64,000 bases of DNA from Bacteroidota bacterium. GTDB lineage: Bacteria; Bacteroidota; Ignavibacteria; UBA10030. Position 1 is the first letter of the stretch, and each line of letters begins with the position of its first letter. The notes under the pieces were generated by a model that did not search any database, was not told where the DNA came from, and was given only the letters and a program-made list of their open reading frames with translations. The position numbers were made by a program, and so were the translations under genes. The stretch spans positions 2,886 to 66,885 of the forward strand of contig JBARRO010000048.1 of assembly GCA_049644265.1 (NCBI GenBank). Reading direction: 5' to 3'. Shown piece after piece: positions 19,344-28,294 of this stretch.

Positions 19344-20309
19344 TCAATTCGATGGTGCAGGTTCGGGTGCCAGCATAGTTGCCTGTTGCTGCAGCCAGGC
19401 TTGATATTCTTCAGGAGTCTGGATCGTTACGAATCCCCGCATCCTGAAATGTCCCAGTCCGCAGAGCTGCGCGCAGGCGATTTCCGTCGGCGTGTCCGGC
19501 GCAACTACTACGGACGTGATGCCCGCCTGAAGAAGTTGTGGGACGATCTCCTCAGATATGCTTCCTCCCTTTGAAACGATGGGTGTTCCATCTTTTGCAT
19601 TGTAGTCCTCAACCGCACTTGTCGATGCAAGCACCGCTGGATAATTCCCCTGTTTAAGGGCCACGTGTTGAATCGACTGTATGCGGATCTGATCCGTCGT
19701 CATAGTGGGGATAAACCAGACTCGGATGACTTCACCCGGAATAGCATCCTGCTTCACGCGGAATAACGGAAGGTTGAAACTGTGGATAACATCCTTGCTC
19801 GACAGATGTATAACGACCGGTTTCTCCACAGGGAGGTTGAGCTGATTAATCGTTGTGATATCGTCCTTGGCATACGGGTCCGAGCGATCCAGGCCCAGAG
19901 GGTTGTCCGAGCTAACCAGGTTGATATCGGTCCGGCCGAACACGCCGTCTGCGCCGGGGTAATGGACATTCCATGCGAACTGTTCCGCCACAACGCGCAC
20001 GACGGTTGCGGTCTTCTCGTCGGGTATCTGATTCACACGCTTGGCCCAGAGAGGAAAGGCAAATCCGATGAGCAGGATGGCCTCGAAGATCGCCACTCCG
20101 ACTTCAAGATACGAAGAAAAATGACTTTGAAGGCCGTCATGATTTGCCGTCTGGTTCTTCGACCGTCGGAAACGGATGAGCACAAAGGCAAAGAAACTCC
20201 CCCATCCCACAAACAGAACGAGCATCAGCCAGTGAATGACAACAATCATGTTGTCAATTTCGGGCCCGTGGGCAGAAGCATCAATCGGTAAGCGCAAGAG
20301 ATCGTGCAT
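19344..20309 (-). CDS. coxB: Cytochrome c oxidase subunit II (no fused cytochrome c domain)
   Basis: Two N-terminal TM helices and a CuA site HSFNLPLFRVKQDAIPG...CAQLCGLGHFRM. No CxxCH motif. Confidence 0.85.
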   Translation of the reverse strand: MHDLLRLPIDASAHGPEIDNMIVVIHWLMLVLFVGWGSFFAFVLIRFRRSKNQTANHDGLQSHFSSYLEVGVAIFEAILLIGFAFPLWAKRVNQIPDEKTATVVRVVAEQFAWNVHYPGADGVFGRTDINLVSSDNPLGLDRSDPYAKDDITTINQLNLPVEKPVVIHLSSKDVIHSFNLPLFRVKQDAIPGEVIRVWFIPTMTTDQIRIQSIQHVALKQGNYPAVLASTSAVEDYNAKDGTPIVSKGGSISEEIVPQLLQAGITSVVVAPDTPTEIACAQLCGLGHFRMRGFVTIQTPEEYQAWLQQQATMLAPEPAPSN

Positions 20310-20328
20310 TGTGAAACTTTCTCCTTCG

Positions 20329-20580
20329 TTAATTCATGCTTGGATAATCGACAGAACCGTTCATGGTCAGCTTCATCCGCTTCCGGATCCTCAGAAACAC
20401 TGCGCTCAGAAGGCCCAGAACGCTTCCCGTGATCCCCAGAAGAACCAGAATTGCCGCGTTTACTCCCTCCGCCATCGCTGAATTCGTGTCGCCGTAACAA
20501 ACCGGGCACGCAGCAGTTCTCGACGGTAGCATGCTGAGTGCAACCAAGAATACTATTCCGATGATCATCGATCGCTTCAT
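20329..20580 (-). CDS. Small membrane protein with CPVC motif (hypothetical, oxidase-operon-embedded)
   Basis: Likely start MKRSMIIG. Signal/TM helix, CPVCYGD motif and a second TM helix. The ORF-track N-terminal extension is probably not translated. Confidence 0.35.
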   Translation of the reverse strand: MKRSMIIGIVFLVALSMLPSRTAACPVCYGDTNSAMAEGVNAAILVLLGITGSVLGLLSAVFLRIRKRMKLTMNGSVDYPSMN

Positions 20581-20596
20581 GGAGTTTTCCTCCTTC

Positions 20597-20797
20597 TCAC
20601 ATGGAACTGATATGCCGGAACTTCCTGAGAAATCGCCGGCCGTAGAGGACGAGCAGCAGACTGCACAAGAACGCGCCAACGGCGCCAGAGATCTCCACGG
20701 GACCACGGCCATCGTAGGTCAGGAGCCAGATGCCGAACCCGAATGTGCAGAGTGTCGCAATTCCGATAAAAAAGATGTGAAATCCTTTAAGAGACAT
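20597..20797 (-). CDS. Small two-TM membrane protein (hypothetical)
   Basis: 66 aa, two hydrophobic helices. Lies between the subunit IV and subunit II genes. Confidence 0.3.
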   Translation of the reverse strand: MSLKGFHIFFIGIATLCTFGFGIWLLTYDGRGPVEISGAVGAFLCSLLLVLYGRRFLRKFRHISSM

Positions 20798-21104
20798 GGC
20801 GGCCTATATTAATGTTGTCGTGCATGTGTCCCACGGGAAGCAGCATCAGCGCAAAGAAGAACACCACGGTCAGGATCAGGACGAAATAGATGAGCTTCTT
20901 TTCTGAAATGAGATGCATAAAATAACCGGCGACCAGCGATCCTTTGATGAGCGCGATCGTCAGGGCAACCAGCACAGCAGGAAGCGTTGAAAGGTGCAGG
21001 TATGACACGGAAACCGTCACCATCGTCAGTGCCATGAGCGACACAAAGACGATGATGTAGGTCCGGACGTGCTTTTTGATATCGACGGAATGTGCGTCAG
21101 ACAT
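20787..21104 (-). CDS. coxD: Cytochrome c oxidase subunit IV (prokaryotic CoxD type)
   Basis: 105 aa, three TM helices. N-terminus HVRTYIIVFVSLMALTMVTV matches the bacterial subunit IV family. Confidence 0.6.
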   Translation of the reverse strand: MSDAHSVDIKKHVRTYIIVFVSLMALTMVTVSVSYLHLSTLPAVLVALTIALIKGSLVAGYFMHLISEKKLIYFVLILTVVFFFALMLLPVGHMHDNINIGRHVS

Positions 21105-21113
21105 GATCGCTCC

Positions 21114-21704
21114 TTAGAGAAGATACAGGACGGGAAAAAGGAATATCCATACGAGGTCGACGAAATGCCAATAGAGACCGGCGATTTCCACTCGATTCGT
21201 AAATCGCTGGGGGTCCGTCTGCCACATCTTGCTTCCCACACCCCACAGATACGTGTTGACCACGATTCCCCCGATCACATGCAGACCATGGAGCCCGGTC
21301 AACGTAAAATAGATTGCATAGAAGTTGTCCGTGCTGGGAAAATGACCGAGTTCAAACTTGTGTCCGTACTCGAATCCCTTGATGACAAGAAACACGAACG
21401 CAAGAAGAATCGTAGCTCCCATGTACATCTTGAACTTCTTGAACTCCTTCATCATGAGCGAGGCCCAGGACATCACCATCGTTACGCTGGAGGTAATCAA
21501 CACCGCCGTGTTGATGGTTGCAAGGGGCACGTTCAGGAGTTCCCAGCCATGCGGCCAGGTTTCGGCGCCCGTTCGTAGCAACACAAGCGACGAGAAGAGC
21601 GCACCGAACAGCATGACTTCGGACGCGAGGAACAGCCAGATGCCCAGCTTTCCGTTAAAGAGCCCGGTATCCGACCGGGCGTCGACCGTATAGGGGATTT
21701 GCAT
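21114..21704 (-). CDS. coxC: Cytochrome c oxidase subunit III
   Basis: 196 aa. Conserved WFLASEVMLFG ... GLHGLHVIGG motifs. Confidence 0.85.
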   Translation of the reverse strand: MQIPYTVDARSDTGLFNGKLGIWLFLASEVMLFGALFSSLVLLRTGAETWPHGWELLNVPLATINTAVLITSSVTMVMSWASLMMKEFKKFKMYMGATILLAFVFLVIKGFEYGHKFELGHFPSTDNFYAIYFTLTGLHGLHVIGGIVVNTYLWGVGSKMWQTDPQRFTNRVEIAGLYWHFVDLVWIFLFPVLYLL

Positions 21705-21709
21705 GGCGC

Positions 21710-23473
21710 TTAAACCTTTGCGGATTCGTTTTGGGGAAGGTAATCTTTATGGTTCCCAGGCACACTGTATTCGTACGGGCCCCTGTATACTTCCGGAGGC
21801 GTAAGAAAATTCCCGTGCGGAGGAGGTGTCGGAGTAGCCCAGTCGAGCGTTGTTGCTTCCCACGGATTCTCAGAAACTTTTTTGCCTTTCTTGATGCTCC
21901 AGAAGAAATTGAAGATGAAAAACAGCTGGAACAATCCGAGCGTCCAGGCCGCGACCGACATGACCTCGTTCAGATACAGAACGCCCTGAGCGTGTGCATA
22001 CTGCTGACCGCCGTCGTAGAGCCGTCGCGAAACTCCCGCCAGACCCTGGATGAACATCGGCATGAAGATAAAGTTGATCGCCACAAGCGATCCCCAGAAG
22101 TGGATCTTCCCGAGCGTTTCGCTCATCCGCCGACCGGTGACCTTTGGATACCAGAAATACACGCCGGCGAACAGGGCGAAAATTGTACCCGGGGCGACCA
22201 CATAGTGGAAATGGCCGATGACGTAGTATGTGTCATGAAGATGAATATCGGTAGGAGCCAGGCCCAGGGGCAGGCCCGTCAGTCCTCCGATGCCGAACAT
22301 GGGAAGAAAAGCCAGGGCGAAGAGCATCGGCGTGTTGTAGCGGATCGACCCGCCCCACAAGGAAAGAATCAGAGCTGTCAGAATAATAACGGACGGGATG
22401 GAAATGATCATCGTTGTCGTCTGGAAGAACGTGCTGATCGTCGTTCCCATGCCCGTCAGGAACATGTGATGTGCCCAGACGATAAACGACATGAATCCGA
22501 GGAAGATCGTTGCATACACCAGGGATTTGTATCCCCACAACGGCTTTCGCGTGTTGTTGGCGATGATTTCCCCGACAATACCCATGGCGGGAAGGATAAG
22601 CACATAGACTTCCGGATGCGCCAGGAACCAGAAGAGATGCTGCCAGAGGATTGGGCTCCCTCCTCCACTCACCTGCAACGGCTGCCCGGAAACAACGAGG
22701 CCGCTCGGCAGGAAGAAGCTTGTTCCCGCAAGTCGATCCATAAGCTGCAGAATGCCCGCTGCTTCGAGCGGCGGAAATGCAAGAAGAAGAAGGAACGATG
22801 TGACGAGCTGTGCCCACACGAAGAACGGCAAACGCATGAACGACAGGCCCCGGGCGCGGAGCTGAACAATCGTCGTAATGAAATTCACCGACCCGAGAAG
22901 CGATGATGTGATCAGAAAGATCATACCAATGAGCCAGAACGTCTGGCCTTCGGTCGCGATCGTCGCAAGCGGTGCATACGAAGTCCACCCCGAGTTCGCT
23001 GCTCCACCTGGAACAAAAAAGCTCGCAAGCATGATCACGCCGCCCCAGAAGTAGCAGTGATAGCTGGCCATGTTCAGTTTGGGGAACGCCATGTCCGGCG
23101 CCCCAATCTGCAGGGGAACAACGTAGTTCCCGAATGCTCCCACTGCCAGCGGCACGACACCGAGGAACACCATAATTGTCCCGTGCATCGCACCAAGCTG
23201 GTTGTAGAACTCGGGCAGCATGATTCCACCCGGCGCATTCGCCTCGCCCAACCATTGCCCGATGAACGGAATAGGCTGGCCCGGATATGCGAGCTGCCAG
23301 CGCATGATCATCATCAGCGTGAATCCAAAGAGCAGGAACAGGAGCGCGGTGATGCCGTACTGCACTCCGATGACTTTGTGGTCCTGGGAGAACCAATAGG
23401 TACGCCAGAAGCCCTGATGGGCTTCGTGGACATGTCCGTGAACGCTATGCTCAGCGGTCGTTACGTGTTCCAA
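21710..23473 (-). CDS. coxA: Cytochrome c oxidase subunit I (haem-copper oxidase catalytic subunit)
   Basis: 587 aa with canonical GHPEVY, WAHHMF and HFHYV motifs. The + ORF 21731..22906 is an antisense shadow. Confidence 0.95.
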   Translation of the reverse strand: MEHVTTAEHSVHGHVHEAHQGFWRTYWFSQDHKVIGVQYGITALLFLLFGFTLMMIMRWQLAYPGQPIPFIGQWLGEANAPGGIMLPEFYNQLGAMHGTIMVFLGVVPLAVGAFGNYVVPLQIGAPDMAFPKLNMASYHCYFWGGVIMLASFFVPGGAANSGWTSYAPLATIATEGQTFWLIGMIFLITSSLLGSVNFITTIVQLRARGLSFMRLPFFVWAQLVTSFLLLLAFPPLEAAGILQLMDRLAGTSFFLPSGLVVSGQPLQVSGGGSPILWQHLFWFLAHPEVYVLILPAMGIVGEIIANNTRKPLWGYKSLVYATIFLGFMSFIVWAHHMFLTGMGTTISTFFQTTTMIISIPSVIILTALILSLWGGSIRYNTPMLFALAFLPMFGIGGLTGLPLGLAPTDIHLHDTYYVIGHFHYVVAPGTIFALFAGVYFWYPKVTGRRMSETLGKIHFWGSLVAINFIFMPMFIQGLAGVSRRLYDGGQQYAHAQGVLYLNEVMSVAAWTLGLFQLFFIFNFFWSIKKGKKVSENPWEATTLDWATPTPPPHGNFLTPPEVYRGPYEYSVPGNHKDYLPQNESAKV

Positions 23474-23535
23474 TGTGGGTTCCTTTCCCCGATGAAGACG
23501 CCGCCCCGTTCAGGCCGGCGCCTGGATGGAGGTGA

Positions 23536-24228
23536 TTAGCCTTTGAACTTAAAGTCAAGCGTTGCCTTTCCGCTTGCGTCGACCTTCACTTTACCGGTCT
23601 GCACACCGTATTTTTCGTGCCAGGCCTCGACCGTGTACTCACCGGCAGGGAGTCCTTTCAGTGTGAAGGATCCATCATCGCCGGTTACGCCGTAGAACGG
23701 ATGACTGAAGACGCCGATGTACGCGCCCATCCAGCTGTGGACTTCACACTTGACCTTGAAGGTCTCGGGTTTGTCGAATTTCTTGGTCATCTTCATGTTC
23801 TTTATGGGCTGAGCCTGGTTGAACTGCGTGTTGAGCTTGGACAGGCTATGAACGTTGTGGAGCGTTGGGTCGCTGTTCTTGATTTCCAGCTCCTGGTTGA
23901 CCATAATGCCGAGAACATGGGGCTTGTAGACGCAACCCATCTGATCGAACAGAAGTTTGTCAGAAGGTGTCGCGAACGTTTTTCCACCGAGTCCATCCTT
24001 CACATACACCAGAACGTTCTTCAACGTTCCGTTCTTGTTGACAACAACCTCTTCACCGTACACGTCTGTTGCATGAGCTTTCTTGCAGACGGGGTCTGCA
24101 TTCATGAGAATGCGCGAAGCAGCAGGCGCCTTCCCTTCGAATGTTACTTTACCTGACACATCCCCCGCCACAAGTGAAGCGGTCAGGGCAAGTACCAGGA
24201 CCGCGACAGCCAACATGATCTTACGCAT
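23536..24228 (-). CDS. Secreted cupredoxin-like (type-1 copper) protein, putative electron carrier
   Basis: Signal peptide. Candidate copper ligands His (HNVHS) ... C-x2-H-x2-M (KCEVHSWM) spaced as in amicyanin/plastocyanin. Positioned between the cytochrome c gene and the oxidase genes. Confidence 0.4.
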   Translation of the reverse strand: MRKIMLAVAVLVLALTASLVAGDVSGKVTFEGKAPAASRILMNADPVCKKAHATDVYGEEVVVNKNGTLKNVLVYVKDGLGGKTFATPSDKLLFDQMGCVYKPHVLGIMVNQELEIKNSDPTLHNVHSLSKLNTQFNQAQPIKNMKMTKKFDKPETFKVKCEVHSWMGAYIGVFSHPFYGVTGDDGSFTLKGLPAGEYTVEAWHEKYGVQTGKVKVDASGKATLDFKFKG

Positions 24229-24281
24229 GAAATTACTCCTTCCTTAGATTTGAATCCTTTGAGTTACTGATGGTGAACGTA

Positions 24282-26936
24282 CTACTTTATGTCTGCGACC
24301 GCCGCGCTTCGACGGCCGAGACTCCAAACATAGTTCTGAAGAGCTTTGATCTGCTCATCCGAGCTTCCTCCATACACCGTCTCGTCAGGTCCTTTCCCTT
24401 CAAAGAAGAATGCGGGCATCCGCGTGCCGGGCTGCAGCTTTTGCGGATCGTTCAGCCATTGAATAATCCACTCGGGCTTCAACCGGGAGCTCGCCATGGC
24501 CAGATTCGGTGCGAGATCTGACGCCGTCTGCTCTCCTCCCAGCTTCACCGGGCCGGAGGGATGACATTTTCCGCACTGGTACGTATCAAAAAGCTTCTTG
24601 CCTGTTCCAACGTATTTGGGATCGGCGACCGTCGCTGCGTAATCCCTGATTTCAAGATCCTGTTTTGACATCCCGAGGAAGTATTTCTGGACTTTTGAGA
24701 CTTCTTCATCGGTCAGACTGAACGTCGGCATGCGTATTTGCAGCCACGGGCGAATCGTTGTCGGGTTCTTCAGGAAATTATGGAGCCAAGGCTCCTGCAC
24801 CTTTGCTCCCTGGCTTTCCGGAAGCAACGGCGGACCTATCGCAGGCTCCTCGTACTTTGCAAGAACGTACCCTCCGCGGTCTTCGAGCTGGTGACATTGC
24901 ATGCAATTGTACCGCATCGTTACGCGGCGTCCGGCTTCAATGTCCTGCTTTCGCTTGTCGTAGACTTGCTGATACTTCGGCAACGGAACATCCTTCGTCA
25001 TACTGATGAGGAAAAGCCTCAGTTCCCGGATTTCTTCGTCGTTGAACGTGAAGATCGGCATCTTCTGGGCAATACGTTCCGTCAGATATTGTCGCGGATT
25101 CCTTAATTTACCGTACACCCATCCTCTCCACGTATGTTGAACCCAGACCGCTCCGGTCGAATCTACCCGAAACTCTTCTGTCCCCACATGGCTGAGCTCC
25201 TTGGTGTCCCCAAAATCCATCTGCTCGGCCTTCTTTCGACCGAACTCCGAAAGCTCGACAGAAACTTTTCCCTCCTTCTCCGTCCCTTTGATGTCGTGAC
25301 AGCCGAAACAACCATATTCACGTATCAGCTTGTCCCCGCGCGCGATCAGGTCGGGATTGCCAAGGTCGAGCGTCTTCTTCTCAAACGTCCGGTCATCCTT
25401 CATGGTAAGAAGGTACGCGACGACGTCTCTTGCCTCCGAGTCGGAAAGCCTCAGACTCGGCATTCGAGTTTCCGGATTGTAATGACGCGGATTCTTGAGC
25501 CAATCAAAGAGCCAATCTCCGGTAACTTTGCTTCCCACGCGAGTCAGTTCCGGTGCGATGTCGTACGTTGTTCCACGGGAGTCGCGAACCGTCATGAAAT
25601 TCCCGGCGACATGGCATGCCTGGCATCCGACCGATTCAAAGATTCTTTTCCCCTGGGCCGCACTCCCGCCGACAAATGATCCGCGGGGTCTCGCAAATTC
25701 AAAGTTGGATGACTTGGAGAGATTCACGAGAAATGCCGTGACGGCCTCGGCCTGGTCGTCCGTGAATTTGAAATTCGGCATTCGCGTATGCGGATTGTAC
25801 TCTTTCGGATTCCGAACCCACCGGAAGATCCACTCCGGTTTCGCCTTGGCAGTCACGGAATTCAGCGGCGGGCCGATTTTCGCGAGGTCGGAATATCCTT
25901 TGATTTCATGACAGCCGTAGCAGCCTGAATCGATGATGAGTTGCTTGGCACGCGTGAACGGTTGAGCATACTTGAGGACAGATTCGTTATAATGACACGA
26001 ATTGCAGGTAGCGTAGACGTCGTTTCCTCTGAGAATCGGCGTCTCCCAGTAATGGTCCTCGTCGCCGTGAGCAAACCCAGTCGTGAGCGCAGGACCCTGA
26101 CCACGATGGCAGGGAGTGCAGCCGAATGTTTCCGGATTGTGCTTTGCCAGAAGTTCCGGCATCGGATGTTTGCGATAGGGCTCCGGTGCATCCGCCATAA
26201 CATCGTCCGCCCATCCGGCATGACAGGTCTGGCAGCGATCCACCCGGGCCTTGATTTCCTGAAACGGAGTCAACTCAAAATCATTCAGCACAAGCTGTCG
26301 TACAGCGATCGGCGCCGCTTTTGCCTTCTCGATCTTTGAGGCAAACCCGTTGGCCTTTGCGTACATAGCTTTCAGGTCCGCCTGGGCTTTCATAACTGCA
26401 TCTTTATACTTGTTGACGACGATGTCGAGCGTCGCAACCTTGCTTTCGAGGTCGGTCTTCTCGCCGAAATGCCTGGCGATGGCGGCATCGTGCTTGTCCA
26501 ATTCGACTTTCTCGCTCAACCCAGACTTCCCTTCCGAGAGGGCTTTCTTATACTGGAAATACGCCGCGTCAGATCGGCTTCGCGCAAACCTCCATTCGCG
26601 CGTCGCAATATCGAGGTCTTCCTGCAGTTTCTCCTTCGCCTTTACCGTCTTCATGTACTCGTCAGACTCCAGCCCCTTGTTTGCCTCCGCCAGCGCCTGA
26701 TTCAATTGCGCTGCCTGGGATGAATCGATTTCCTGCAACGCCGCCTGGCGCAGGGAGTCTGTTTTCTGAGCATACAGCTCGTAGTAGCGGGCCTGATATT
26801 CCTTCCACGGCCGTCGCACCTTCACTTCATCCCACACCGCCCATACCGTCCCGAGGAACAGCAATCCACTGAACGCAACGTAGAACAGCTCGTAGTTGCG
26901 GGATTCGACAGGTGTTTGTGATCGCTTATCGAACAT
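24282..26936 (-). CDS. Membrane-anchored octahaem c-type cytochrome with long N-terminal coiled coil
   Basis: 884 aa. One N-terminal TM helix, ~200 aa of heptad-rich Ala/Lys/Glu coiled coil, then eight CxxCH motifs (CQTCH, CTPCH, CNSCH, CYGCH, CQACH, CFGCH, CMQCH, CGKCH). Confidence 0.85.
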   Translation of the reverse strand: MFDKRSQTPVESRNYELFYVAFSGLLFLGTVWAVWDEVKVRRPWKEYQARYYELYAQKTDSLRQAALQEIDSSQAAQLNQALAEANKGLESDEYMKTVKAKEKLQEDLDIATREWRFARSRSDAAYFQYKKALSEGKSGLSEKVELDKHDAAIARHFGEKTDLESKVATLDIVVNKYKDAVMKAQADLKAMYAKANGFASKIEKAKAAPIAVRQLVLNDFELTPFQEIKARVDRCQTCHAGWADDVMADAPEPYRKHPMPELLAKHNPETFGCTPCHRGQGPALTTGFAHGDEDHYWETPILRGNDVYATCNSCHYNESVLKYAQPFTRAKQLIIDSGCYGCHEIKGYSDLAKIGPPLNSVTAKAKPEWIFRWVRNPKEYNPHTRMPNFKFTDDQAEAVTAFLVNLSKSSNFEFARPRGSFVGGSAAQGKRIFESVGCQACHVAGNFMTVRDSRGTTYDIAPELTRVGSKVTGDWLFDWLKNPRHYNPETRMPSLRLSDSEARDVVAYLLTMKDDRTFEKKTLDLGNPDLIARGDKLIREYGCFGCHDIKGTEKEGKVSVELSEFGRKKAEQMDFGDTKELSHVGTEEFRVDSTGAVWVQHTWRGWVYGKLRNPRQYLTERIAQKMPIFTFNDEEIRELRLFLISMTKDVPLPKYQQVYDKRKQDIEAGRRVTMRYNCMQCHQLEDRGGYVLAKYEEPAIGPPLLPESQGAKVQEPWLHNFLKNPTTIRPWLQIRMPTFSLTDEEVSKVQKYFLGMSKQDLEIRDYAATVADPKYVGTGKKLFDTYQCGKCHPSGPVKLGGEQTASDLAPNLAMASSRLKPEWIIQWLNDPQKLQPGTRMPAFFFEGKGPDETVYGGSSDEQIKALQNYVWSLGRRSAAVADIK

Positions 26937-26960
26937 TTATCTGTCCACAAGATTTGAAAG

Positions 26961-27386
26961 ATACCACGAAGGACACCAAGAACACTAAGGGTAAATACGC
27001 AGCCTTCAATGAACGATGTCTCATTCGTGTTATTCGTTGCATTCGAGAAATTCGTGTCTCAGTAAGTGACCTGATCTTCGTGCTCCCCGTGTCCTTCGTG
27101 GTTATACGTTAAACCAGGGGGTAACCCAGATATACTTAACCGGATTCGCACCGAACGTTTTTCAAACATCGAACTGTCCGCTGAGAATTGAAAGTCGTTT
27201 TACCACGAAGGGCACAAAGGACACTAAGTAATATGTGCTCTTGAAATATCTCTTTAGCTCTACTCGTTGCATTCGAGAATTCGTGTTTCAGTAAGTGACC
27301 TGATCTTCGTGCTCTTCGTGTCCTTCGTGGTTATATGTTAAACCAGGGGGTAACCCAGATATACTTAACCGGACTCGCACCGAACG
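26961..27386. repeat. Tandem duplication (~190-bp units, ~90% identical) containing elements bounded by 14-bp inverted repeats
   Basis: Unit 1 26961-27157 and unit 2 27200-27386. Each holds ACCACGAAGGACAC ... GTGTCCTTCGTGGT termini (26963-27102; 27202-27331) and internal ATTCG(T/A)N motifs at exact 9-bp spacing (27023, 27032, 27041, 27050). Unit 1 also duplicates the last ~55 coding bp of the subunit-IV-like cyt b gene. Confidence 0.8.
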
Positions 27387-28233
27387 CAAGCGGAGCCAGC
27401 CGCAAGATAATCTTGATGATCAACCCCACCATGGTGACGAACAAAAACGATACAATTGAATATCTCAGAAACCCGAGTTTTTTCATGAGCTCTGTATTCT
27501 GCTTCTTCAACCAATACAGCGGAATCGTGGAATAATAACCCAGCACCACGACGGCGCCGAAGATGAAAGCTACAGGATTGATTGAGGCATCCGGCATGCG
27601 GGTTGGGATCCCGAACATCTCCGAAAAATCGACGTTCGTCAGGACGGCAACGTAGTGCGGATCCCATCTTTCGCCGGGCAAAAAGAAGTTCCACCCAGGC
27701 CCCCGGAGAAACGTTCCGATGAAGATCAGGAATACCCAGAGGATGAGAAAACCGAACGCAAATGTGGTCACCGCAAACTTGCGTTCCTTAAACGTGTAGT
27801 AGCCGTTCCCTTTCTCGTTGATGTCGATGTACGGGATGGCCATGAGCCCGACAATAATGAGAGAAGGAAGCACTACGCCTGCAATCCACGGATCAAAATA
27901 CACGAGCATTTCCTGAAGTCCGAGAAAATACCAGGGCGCCTTCGACGGATTGGGCGTGAGCGCGCGGTTCGCAGGCTCTTCAAGCGGAGCGTCGAGCGTG
28001 ATGGACCAGATAACCATCACCGCCATCACGGCAATTGTCGCCAGAAACTCCACGCGCACGAGATACGGCCAGACCTGTACCTTGTCATCCTGCTTCGCCT
28101 CATCCGGCAGATCCTGACTGTCATTCTTGCGCGCCTTCTTCCAGGCATGGATGGTGAAGTAGACGACTGAAACCAACAGAAGAACAATCGGGATATTGTC
28201 CGGCTTCGTGATGATTTCGAGGAACTGGCTCAT
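27331..28233 (-). CDS. Cytochrome b C-terminal-domain subunit (subunit-IV/PetD-like, extended)
   Basis: 300 aa with multiple TM helices. PWYFLGLQEML motif corresponding to the conserved PEWY region of cyt b / b6f subunit IV. Confidence 0.7.
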   Translation of the reverse strand: MSQFLEIITKPDNIPIVLLLVSVVYFTIHAWKKARKNDSQDLPDEAKQDDKVQVWPYLVRVEFLATIAVMAVMVIWSITLDAPLEEPANRALTPNPSKAPWYFLGLQEMLVYFDPWIAGVVLPSLIIVGLMAIPYIDINEKGNGYYTFKERKFAVTTFAFGFLILWVFLIFIGTFLRGPGWNFFLPGERWDPHYVAVLTNVDFSEMFGIPTRMPDASINPVAFIFGAVVVLGYYSTIPLYWLKKQNTELMKKLGFLRYSIVSFLFVTMVGLIIKIILRLAPLAFGASPVKYIWVTPWFNI

Positions 28234-28294
28234 AGGGTGCTCTCAAACATGTTTTTGGCAGTGCCGATGACGGGTGTAGAACTGGTGAATTTAG

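Noticed and set aside
21731-22906. 391-aa plus-strand ORF (and 387-aa minus-strand ORF 22233..23396 in another frame)
   Set aside because: Both lie inside coxA, which has unmistakable haem-copper oxidase motifs. The alternatives are Arg/His-rich low-complexity translations characteristic of wrong-frame reading of GC-rich membrane-protein genes.
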